In this document: positions 46,726-54,720 of the stretch, piece by piece
Layout of the letters: every line of letters starts with the position of its first letter
Position numbering within the stretch: the first letter of the stretch is position 1
NCBI GenBank assembly: GCA_965207885.1
Contig: OZ242311.1
Span: 3,104,001-3,168,000 of the forward strand
Reading direction: 5' to 3'
Source of the DNA: Candidatus Latescibacterota bacterium
GTDB lineage: Bacteria; Latescibacterota; UBA2968
Length of the DNA: 64,000 bases
Program-made: the position numbers and the translations under genes
The notes under the pieces: model-generated
What the model was told of the DNA's origin: nothing
Database searches by the model: none
The model's input: only the letters and a program-made list of their open reading frames with translations

Positions 46726-48399
46726 TTAGGCTGGCATCCAGGCTTTTGCAGCAATGCCTTCGAGATGGGTTTTGACATCGACGACGGCGGGTTTATCTGC
46801 GTTGAGGGCCTGCTCAAGAGCACTTTGCAGCTCGCTGATTTTGTTGACGGTGATGCCAAAGCATCCCATGGCTTCGGCCATTTTGGCAAAGTCTGCGTCT
46901 GGGAAGAGCCAGAGTTCGTCAGAGCCTTTGGTACGACCGCCATAGGTGTGTTCTACACCACCTTGTTCCTGGTTCAGCGAATGGTTGTTGTTAATGACGG
47001 TGACGGTGTTGATTTCGGATTTCATGGCGGTGTCGAGTTCGGTCATGTGATACCAGATGCCCCCATCGCCAGTGAAGCAAATGACGGGACGGTCTGGTGC
47101 GGCGCATTTGGCACCGAGGGCTGCAGGGAAACCCCAACCGAGTGAACCAGAACAGCGGATATAAGATTGTGTGGGATATTTGAAGTCGAGCATGGTGCCG
47201 GTCCAGATGCCGGAGTGTCCTGTGTCGGAGACGAGTATGGCATCGGAAGGAAGAAAGTCAGACAGTTCTTTGCAGAGGCGTTCGGGACGCATGGGTTCGG
47301 TGTCGGAGTTGACATGTTTGGCCATGTCTTCTTTCCATGCGTTGACGAGTTCGTGGATGCGGGCGGTCCATTGGGTGCGAGGCTCTGCTTTGCTGGCCTG
47401 ATCAATCATGAGGCGCAATGTGTTTCGCACGTCGCCTTGAAGGCCGAGGGTGAGGGGATAGTTGCGACCCAATTCTTCGGCATTGATGTCGAGTTGAATG
47501 ATGGGCGTGCCTTGTGGCGGCACTTTATACCCATTGGTAACCTGCCCGCCCGTATGACTGCCGATGAAGAAAACCAGATCGGTTTCAAACATGGCCTGAT
47601 TGGCACAGGCGCGTGAGTATGAACCGGGTGTGCCGATAGCGAGTTCGTGATCGGCGGGAAACATGGCTTTGGCATTGAGGGATGTGGCAACAGGGATAGA
47701 AAGCTTCTCGGCAAGGGCGATGAGTTCGGTGCTGGCATCGGATGTGGTCACACCGCCACCGGCCATGATGATCGGCTTTTTGGCTTGAGAAAGAAGGCTG
47801 AGGGCTTCGGTGATCAATTCGGGTTCGGCAGTCGGGCGAAAAGGTGGAATCTGGGAAAAGGCAGATTCGATGACGACTTCAAAATCGGCTTCGGCTTCAA
47901 CGACGACTTGACCGGCAAGACCTTGTAGATCGAGATGTACGGGACCGGGTGTGCCTGTGGTGGCTGATCGAAAAGCCTGCCGCAAATACACGGGCAACAG
48001 ATCGACGGCGTGGACATCAGCGGTGTATTTTGTAACTGCACCAAACGGGTTTCGGTGATCGACTTCCTGATAGGCATGGCGGAGCTGATTGACATGGCTT
48101 TCTTTGCCTGTGATTGCGATAACAGGCGAGCAGGCAAGATAGGCGTCTTGAAGACCGGCAGCGAGGTTAACGGCACCAACGGATTGGGCCATACAAAGAC
48201 CTGGGCCGCGTCTGACGCGCGCATACGCATCGGCCATGTATGCGGCGGCTTTTTCTCCGTGGGTTTGCACGCGTTTCATGCCGAGATTTTCCATTTCCAT
48301 CAATGCTCGGGGCGCGATGTAGGGCATAAAAAAGACGGTGTCTATTCCGTGGCCATGCACGGTTTCTGCGAGAAATCGTGCACCTGTCATTTGGGGCAT
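46726..48399 (-). CDS. thiamine-diphosphate-dependent enzyme (acetolactate synthase-like)
   Basis: HGEKAAAYMADAYAR, GPVHL and GDGG...NN ThDP motif. Confidence 0.93.
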   Translation of the reverse strand: MPQMTGARFLAETVHGHGIDTVFFMPYIAPRALMEMENLGMKRVQTHGEKAAAYMADAYARVRRGPGLCMAQSVGAVNLAAGLQDAYLACSPVIAITGKESHVNQLRHAYQEVDHRNPFGAVTKYTADVHAVDLLPVYLRQAFRSATTGTPGPVHLDLQGLAGQVVVEAEADFEVVIESAFSQIPPFRPTAEPELITEALSLLSQAKKPIIMAGGGVTTSDASTELIALAEKLSIPVATSLNAKAMFPADHELAIGTPGSYSRACANQAMFETDLVFFIGSHTGGQVTNGYKVPPQGTPIIQLDINAEELGRNYPLTLGLQGDVRNTLRLMIDQASKAEPRTQWTARIHELVNAWKEDMAKHVNSDTEPMRPERLCKELSDFLPSDAILVSDTGHSGIWTGTMLDFKYPTQSYIRCSGSLGWGFPAALGAKCAAPDRPVICFTGDGGIWYHMTELDTAMKSEINTVTVINNNHSLNQEQGGVEHTYGGRTKGSDELWLFPDADFAKMAEAMGCFGITVNKISELQSALEQALNADKPAVVDVKTHLEGIAAKAWMPA

Positions 48400-48411
48400 T
48401 GGGATCTCCTG

Positions 48412-49086
48412 TTATGGTCTTCTGCTAGTGATGGGACGCAGAACTTTGACGTTGGTATCGATGGTGATTTTTTTGCGCTCTTGAATGGCTTTTTGGCCGA
48501 TTTCCCAGACTTTGCCCATTTCGGGATCATCGGGTTGTGCGATGGTGCCGACATTGCTGTGATGGCCTTCCCAATGATACAGGCTGTCGTATCGCGTCAT
48601 CATGTAGATGCGGTCTTCGGGTGCTGATTTGGTTATCCATTGGCCAATGGGGCGCACACCTTCGCCTCGGGTGACCCAGGGCCACCACTGATTTTCTGAT
48701 AAGTCGACAAAACGCGAAACGTCGGTGGGCGCGACTTTGAATGAGCGCAGAGTATAAATGCCAGGCTCTTTTTCGGGGGCGTCGCTATCAGGCTGTCTTT
48801 GCGTGAGGGGCAAGAGGGAAATACATTCGGTTTCGTGTACGAGTGCGGCACGTCCACTGCCTTCATTGGCGAGATTATCCCAGTTTCGGGTTTCTTCCCA
48901 ATGACCATGGCTGTCGTATCGCGTCATGAGAAAGATGCGTTCGGGGCCACCTATGGCAACGACCCAGAGGCCGAGTGCACGCGCTCCTTTTTTTTCGATG
49001 GCTGGCCAGATCTGTTCTTCGCTAAAGCGAACAAATTCGGCGTAGTCTTTGCGGTGAACGTGAAATGTGCGGATGGTATAGATCAT
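48412..49086 (-). CDS. tandem NIPSNAP-domain protein
   Basis: Two repeats of IY.(I/L)R.F.V...G.W...MTRYDS..HWE. Confidence 0.85.
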   Translation of the reverse strand: MIYTIRTFHVHRKDYAEFVRFSEEQIWPAIEKKGARALGLWVVAIGGPERIFLMTRYDSHGHWEETRNWDNLANEGSGRAALVHETECISLLPLTQRQPDSDAPEKEPGIYTLRSFKVAPTDVSRFVDLSENQWWPWVTRGEGVRPIGQWITKSAPEDRIYMMTRYDSLYHWEGHHSNVGTIAQPDDPEMGKVWEIGQKAIQERKKITIDTNVKVLRPITSRRP

Positions 49087-49120
49087 TCAATCCTCCATAT
49101 ATCATTCCCTGATTAGTTCC

Positions 49121-51352
49121 TCACCTGAGTTCTACGCATATATCTACAAAATGGATAACGCCAGTGAATTCAAAAGGTGAAACGCCCGCAATGGGTGAAT
49201 GTCGGTTGCGACCGACTTCTACACCGCGCATCTTTGACCTGCGTGTGGCGTCTGGAATTTGGATCGAACCGATTGTCTCGCCATCTCCCGTGAGCGTGAT
49301 GGTTCCTGTGCCATCGTCGGCTGGTTCGAACGCAGCACCCACGGTAATACGACCATTGGGAAGCGTCGTTGTGGAACGACCTGAGATTGTTTGACCCAGC
49401 GCGTTATACACAAAGCACAGTGTGCCATTCTGTATGAATAAAGAAAATCCATCGAGGGATTTTCCCTGGGCATAGATGACGCCTTCGGTTTCTGGCAGGA
49501 TCTCAACTTCGGCAGTTAATGACCAATTTCCCTGTTCCAGTGCGGGCGATTGTTTTGATGCAATGCGAGCCATTGGCGGAACAAAATGATACGTCAGCGA
49601 ATCGGGTTCCGCAGTGGTGGGGCGCGGTGGCAGCCCAGAGCGCAGAGGCAAGACGCCATAGCGTCCGGCTTCTACCCACCATCTTTCAATCAGCTTTTTC
49701 AATTGATCTAGCTCAGCCTTTGCGAGGTTATTGGATTGCGAGAAATCTTCATCGAGATAATACAATTCCCATTCGTCATCATCGTAATCGTCGTCTGGGT
49801 CGTGCCTGGTAACTGCCATCCAGCCGTCGAGCCATAGCGCACGGTTGCCCATCATTTCAAAATACTGAACAGGTTTTTGCGTAGGGCAATCTCTGTCGTC
49901 AAAAGTGTAGGCCAGGCTTGTTCCCGTAATAGGCATCTGATCGTATCCACGATAGCACGACTGAGGCTGTAAATTGAGTACTTCAAGTATTGTTGGTGTG
50001 AGATCTGAAACGAAGTGGAACTGTCCCCTTACACCGCCAGCATCTTTTATAGCTGGGGGATAGTGAATGATCATCGGCACGCGTACACCGCCCGCATGTG
50101 TATCCTGCTTGTACCATGGCAAGGGTGTATTGCCCACCTGAGCCCAACCCCAGGGGATATCAGTGTAGCTGTGCGGGCTCCCGATATCATCCAGTTTTTC
50201 TTGTATGGCATCGAAATCTTCTTCTGGTAAAGCGCGACCAGTTTTCCCGCCTACGGTCTGCCCATTGTTTGCGGCATTGCGCAGGGGACTTGGACCAACG
50301 TTCATAACACCGTAAGGACCACCGTTTTGGCTGGTGCCGTTGTCGGCGGTGAGTATCAGGAGTGTATTATCCAGTTGATCAATAGCGCGCAGATGTTCGA
50401 TCAGTCGTCCGATTTGTGCATCCGTATGCTCAAGGAAACCTGCCCATGTTTCCTGCAGCCGGCACACGAAATTCTTTTCATTCTGGCTCAGTGTTTCCCA
50501 GGGCTGTACACCGGGATTCCTGGGTGGCAGGCGAGTGCCGTCAGGGATAATCCCAAGTTCGGTTTGCTTTTGAAAATAGCGCGCACGGATAACGTCCCAC
50601 CCTTCGTCAAAATGTCCTTTGTATTTATCGATGTATTCTTTTGGCGCTTGATGTGGGTTATGCATAGCACCGGGCGCGAAGTACATGAAGAACGGTGTTT
50701 CGGGACGCATGGCCTTGAGGTCATTGACAAACTCGATGGCGTGATCTACCAGATCCTCTGTGAGGTGATAACCTTCTTCAGGCGTTTTTGGGGGCGATAC
50801 AGGGTGGTTGTCATAGGTCAGTTCTGGATAAAACTGATCGGTTGCACCGGGTAAGAATCCGTAGAAGCGATCGAACCCGCGCTGTAATGGCCATTCTTCA
50901 CGAGATCCACCAGCCGAGTTCTGTGTGCTGGGGTTGAGATGCCATTTGCCGAGAGCAAAGGTGGCGAAGCCTTCTTCGCTCAGCATTTCTGCCAGGGTAG
51001 CTGCGTGCCGACTAACGCGACTCCGTCGGTTGGGAAATCCAGCATCACCACCATCGACAATGGTCGACATACCAACGGCATGATGGTTACGACCTGTCAA
51101 CAGCGACGCTCGGGTCGGAGAACACAGGGGCGTAACATGGAAGTTATTGTACCGCAGCCCATTTTCTGAGAGCGCGTCCATGTTTGGTGTTTCGATTGTC
51201 GAACCATAACAACCCAGATTGCCGAATCCGGTATCATCCAGAAGAATTACAAGGACGTTTGGGGCACCGTCTGACGATGGGGGGGAAAGCCAATCTGGTT
51301 CCGAATCCTTGTAGGAGATGCCTATCTTGCCACGAAAATTTGATTCCATCAT
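49121..51352 (-). CDS. arylsulfatase (Cys-type formylglycine) with C-terminal LamG-like domain
   Basis: PNVLVILLDD, CSPTRASLLTG, GKWH and DNG motifs. Confidence 0.95.
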   Translation of the reverse strand: MMESNFRGKIGISYKDSEPDWLSPPSSDGAPNVLVILLDDTGFGNLGCYGSTIETPNMDALSENGLRYNNFHVTPLCSPTRASLLTGRNHHAVGMSTIVDGGDAGFPNRRSRVSRHAATLAEMLSEEGFATFALGKWHLNPSTQNSAGGSREEWPLQRGFDRFYGFLPGATDQFYPELTYDNHPVSPPKTPEEGYHLTEDLVDHAIEFVNDLKAMRPETPFFMYFAPGAMHNPHQAPKEYIDKYKGHFDEGWDVIRARYFQKQTELGIIPDGTRLPPRNPGVQPWETLSQNEKNFVCRLQETWAGFLEHTDAQIGRLIEHLRAIDQLDNTLLILTADNGTSQNGGPYGVMNVGPSPLRNAANNGQTVGGKTGRALPEEDFDAIQEKLDDIGSPHSYTDIPWGWAQVGNTPLPWYKQDTHAGGVRVPMIIHYPPAIKDAGGVRGQFHFVSDLTPTILEVLNLQPQSCYRGYDQMPITGTSLAYTFDDRDCPTQKPVQYFEMMGNRALWLDGWMAVTRHDPDDDYDDDEWELYYLDEDFSQSNNLAKAELDQLKKLIERWWVEAGRYGVLPLRSGLPPRPTTAEPDSLTYHFVPPMARIASKQSPALEQGNWSLTAEVEILPETEGVIYAQGKSLDGFSLFIQNGTLCFVYNALGQTISGRSTTTLPNGRITVGAAFEPADDGTGTITLTGDGETIGSIQIPDATRRSKMRGVEVGRNRHSPIAGVSPFEFTGVIHFVDICVELR

Positions 51353-51450
51353 TCTACCACATCCATTTCTTCTGCCCACGATTGAAGGTCAGCCATCAGT
51401 TGATCTCTGAGTTCAGGATTCTGAATTGTTTGTCCTGAAGTATAATAACC

Positions 51451-52575
51451 TCAGGCGATTATTGGCTTGTTGGTCAGCAGTGCCGTTATATCCTTCTGTT
51501 CTCTATCATTTAGTTCATTGAAAAAGGGACTCTCCACGAGGCGTTCATACGTGGCTGTGGTGTCGTTTTTGGGCAGAACATCTGGTGCTTGGAACGATTG
51601 TAGCATTGCAGCTCTTTTCTGCTGGCTGCGGTTGATGCCTGCTCGATGCCACATCCTGGCATCGTAGAGGATGACGCTACCACCGGGCGCTTCTATCACA
51701 TCGGCTTCAGGGCCGTGATAGGGAAAGCGACTCGCTTGTGTGTCGTTCCACTCTGGTGGTGGGGGTGTGTCTGATAGATGTGAGCCCAGTTTAAATGCTG
51801 TTGCACCGCGAATCTTGGTAAAGTCAGACACACAGACATTGCGTTGCATGGCCTTAATGGGTCCCTTTCTATCGGGAGGCTCATTGCCACCGGTTGACGC
51901 CGAATAGGGAAAATCAGAGTGCCAACCGCCCAGTTTTCTTTTGCCATCATCCGGGTACTCGATTCTAAAACCGGGTGGATGCGAGAGGTGTAAATCGGGG
52001 GATCCCATATACTGCCTGGCCAACCAAATGGAGATGGGCTCAATGGTTGCTCTGGCAACAGATACACTCTGACAGATCCTGGGTATGTCGGTGTTCATTT
52101 CCAAGTGTTCGTAACGATCTGTACCGGCGACGCGTTCCATATCTTCTAAAATGTCTGGCGGCAGAATACAGGTCAGACAGACCCACCCTTCGCGCTTTAA
52201 GTGTTCGAGATATTCAGACGGCAATTTTTCAGGGCCGTGATAGGTGGTGAAGGTCATCTCGTCTGAACCGACAGACAATGTGCAGACATCCTCATCGATA
52301 TCTGTGGATACATCTTTACCGGTTGCCACGTGCTTTATGCCTTCTGGTGTGCGATCCCAGATCACACGATCGTCGGCTTCGTCGTGCAAGGCGAGTTCGC
52401 TACTTTCATCAAGGCCGAGCATAGAACCGTCAGGTGCAATCAGAAATACGAAGTGACGTTTTGGAGGCTCTATCTTTACGACACGCTCCTGAAATTCCTG
52501 TTCCATTTGATGTCGCGCATGATCGCACGTTTTCTCGTTTGGATCAAATTTGGAGATGGTCAGAACGCGTTTCAT
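51451..52575 (-). CDS. phytanoyl-CoA dioxygenase (PhyH)-family Fe(II)/2OG enzyme with N-terminal extension
   Basis: WHSD (HxD), GSH and WHRAGIN...R motifs. Confidence 0.88.
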   Translation of the reverse strand: MKRVLTISKFDPNEKTCDHARHQMEQEFQERVVKIEPPKRHFVFLIAPDGSMLGLDESSELALHDEADDRVIWDRTPEGIKHVATGKDVSTDIDEDVCTLSVGSDEMTFTTYHGPEKLPSEYLEHLKREGWVCLTCILPPDILEDMERVAGTDRYEHLEMNTDIPRICQSVSVARATIEPISIWLARQYMGSPDLHLSHPPGFRIEYPDDGKRKLGGWHSDFPYSASTGGNEPPDRKGPIKAMQRNVCVSDFTKIRGATAFKLGSHLSDTPPPPEWNDTQASRFPYHGPEADVIEAPGGSVILYDARMWHRAGINRSQQKRAAMLQSFQAPDVLPKNDTTATYERLVESPFFNELNDREQKDITALLTNKPIIA

Positions 52576-52614
52576 CTGTCAATCCTTAGCTGTGTGGACA
52601 TGTATTTTTTTAAG

Positions 52615-52687
52615 TGCCCCTGGCAGGACTCGAACCTGCGGCCAACGGATTAGGAATCCGCTACTCTATCCTCTGAGCTACAGGGGC
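52615..52687 (-). tRNA. tRNA-Arg(CCT), CCA not encoded
   Basis: GCCCCTG/CAGGGGC acceptor stem, TAGCTCAG-AGG D arm, GCGGA-TTCCTAA-TCCGT anticodon arm, GGTTCGAGTCC T arm. Confidence 0.97.
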
Positions 52688-52695
52688 ACACAATA

Positions 52696-53208
52696 TCAAT
52701 AATGAATCAGCGTGTGAATAGGCCAATCTCCAAGTTTTTCGCGCCCGTTTAAATAGTCCAATTCAATAACAAAAGAGATACCGACGATTTTCCCTTTGAG
52801 TTCAGATACGAGCTGACACGCAGCAGCCATTGTGCCACCGGTTGCCAGCAGATCATCCACGAGCGCGATCTTCTGTCCTTTGGCGATTGCGTCTGTGTGA
52901 ATTTCAATCCTGTCTGTTCCGTATTCCAATTCGTATTCCGCAGAGATCGCGTCTGCCGGTAGCTTGCCGGGTTTGCGGATCGGCACAAAGCCCACACCGA
53001 GTTCTCGCGCGAGTGCGGTACCAAAAATAAAACCACGCGACTCAATTCCCACAACGAGATCGACAGCCCCGTTGCGATAGGGTTGTGCGAGTTGTTCTAT
53101 CGATGCGCGAAGCGCGTCCGCATCGGCAATCAGAGTCGTAATATCTTTGAACAAGATACCCGCTTTGGGAAAGTCCGGCACCTCGCGAATAAATTCTTTT
53201 AAGTCCAC
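52696..53208 (-). CDS. apt: adenine phosphoribosyltransferase
   Basis: PDFPKAGILFKDIT, ESRGF, RKPGKLP, LEYG and VDDLLATGGT motifs. Confidence 0.97.
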   Translation of the reverse strand: MDLKEFIREVPDFPKAGILFKDITTLIADADALRASIEQLAQPYRNGAVDLVVGIESRGFIFGTALARELGVGFVPIRKPGKLPADAISAEYELEYGTDRIEIHTDAIAKGQKIALVDDLLATGGTMAAACQLVSELKGKIVGISFVIELDYLNGREKLGDWPIHTLIHY

Positions 53209-53240
53209 TATTTTCTCCCCTAAAATTTACTAAAAAAACG

Positions 53241-54437
53241 CATAGTACACGACAAAACCTAAATCGGGTTAAAATCTGGCGGATTAATCAGTAAACGAAT
53301 GCATTTGAGGAACTGCTGGGCTTGTTGGTGTATATTGAGCAGGACATACTGCAAATAGTCCAACCCATATCGGAAGAGACTTTTTTCCATCCGTCCGTGG
53401 TTTTTGACCTTCAAAGGTTTTGTAAGGGCGATCCATTCGCCGATGATATGGGCCCAGGTGCAGGCAATAGCCAAAAGCGCGATGAGTTTTTCAATGCGAT
53501 CTTGATGTATAAGGTGGGTCTCTTCCAGATTAAATCCTCGACTTTTCAAATTTGCAAAAAGGACTTCAATGCCCCAACGTTTTTTATACACCTCCAATGC
53601 GACTTGACGTTGTTGGTTGCTTGCAAGAATGAGGTATTGATCCTTCAATCTTAGCGCAGACACATACACAGGTAGGTCATAAACGCGGCGAGGTCTTTGT
53701 AGGCTGACCTGCTGATGGATGTGCAAATTTTCAAAGAGTTTTTTTATGGGTATCTCTCTATCTGCCCTTGAGACAAGGGCATTTTCCTTGATGCGGATGA
53801 CAAAAGGGATGTTTTGTGTGTCTAACCACGCAAACCATTCTCTTCCAATGAATTCTCTATCTGCCAATACAACGCGGATATGAGACTTGGGAATGCGCGT
53901 AAGCACCTGTTTCATCAAATTGATACGCTCATCACTATTGGAATTGCCTCGTTTTTTTAACAAGTGCCAACACATAGGAAAGGCGACCCCTTCATAGATA
54001 ATGCCTGCGGTTAGGATGTTGATATTGAATTTGCCTAACTTCCAATTAGTGCGATCTATTGAGACTGCAAAATCGGTCTTTATAGGTAATAAGTGCAAGA
54101 TCAGTCGCGTCACGGCTTCATAAGGAATGTCAAACTCAGCGAAAAAACGCTGTATCCTGCGGTAATTTGATTGCGGTTTGACCTGTCCATTTAGCGCATT
54201 AGCCAATTTGGCGAAGTTGACCCTGCTCAGCTTGACCAAAGACAAGATGAAGGCCGCTGTGAAAGTGATGCGTGCTTTATGCCACCCAAAATGGCCTTGC
54301 AATACATGGTGAAGTTGTATAACTTGACGAGACATAGACCTGTGCCTTGTTGAGATGAGAAGGTTCGTTTTCACACATTCAAACCTAACTCTTTTTCACG
54401 TTTTGCACAGGTCTTTTATTTTTTGTCGTGTACTTTA
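53241..54437 (-). mobile_element. IS4-family insertion sequence (ISAba1-like ends), 1197 bp, with 9-bp target site duplication
   Basis: IRs CATAGTACACGACAAAA (53241-53257) and TAAAGTACACGACAAAA (54437-54421); flanking AAAAAAACG at 53232-53240 and 54438-54446. Confidence 0.95.
53259..54335 (-). CDS. IS4-family DDE transposase
   Basis: IDRTNW, LADREF and YKKRWGIEVLF.NLKSRGFNLE (YREK) motifs; uninterrupted. Confidence 0.95.
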   Translation of the reverse strand: MSRQVIQLHHVLQGHFGWHKARITFTAAFILSLVKLSRVNFAKLANALNGQVKPQSNYRRIQRFFAEFDIPYEAVTRLILHLLPIKTDFAVSIDRTNWKLGKFNINILTAGIIYEGVAFPMCWHLLKKRGNSNSDERINLMKQVLTRIPKSHIRVVLADREFIGREWFAWLDTQNIPFVIRIKENALVSRADREIPIKKLFENLHIHQQVSLQRPRRVYDLPVYVSALRLKDQYLILASNQQRQVALEVYKKRWGIEVLFANLKSRGFNLEETHLIHQDRIEKLIALLAIACTWAHIIGEWIALTKPLKVKNHGRMEKSLFRYGLDYLQYVLLNIHQQAQQFLKCIRLLINPPDFNPI

Positions 54438-54720
54438 AAAAAAACGTTATATCAAACGCAGCATCCCTGTGGTTCGCAGGTATCTCGGCGATCTTAAAAT
54501 CCAGGACGCGAGACGCAGGAGGTCCTCGTCTTATCACTTCTACAAATGCATCAACGTGAGCTTCATCCCCCTCTGCTTCAGCCTCAACATCGCCATTGGA
54601 TAAATTTTTTACCCATCCGACCAGCCCGTGGCGCTCGCCTTCTCGCTGTGTGAAATAGCGGAATCCAACGCCCTGAACCCGTCCGCTGATTATCATGCGA
54701 ACGCGCTTGATATTACCCAT
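54385..54720 (-). CDS. acyP: acylphosphatase, C-terminus extended 17 aa by the IS insertion
   Basis: GRVQGVGFR, GWVKN..GDVE and GPP motifs; the last 17 codons lie inside the IS. Confidence 0.93.
   Translation of the reverse strand: MGNIKRVRMIISGRVQGVGFRYFTQREGERHGLVGWVKNLSNGDVEAEAEGDEAHVDAFVEVIRRGPPASRVLDFKIAEIPANHRDAAFDITFFLKYTTKNKRPVQNVKKS

Noticed and set aside
43500-52687. Integrative element with att sites at tRNA-Arg
   Set aside because: No integrase is present, and I found no second copy of the tRNA 3' end by eye.
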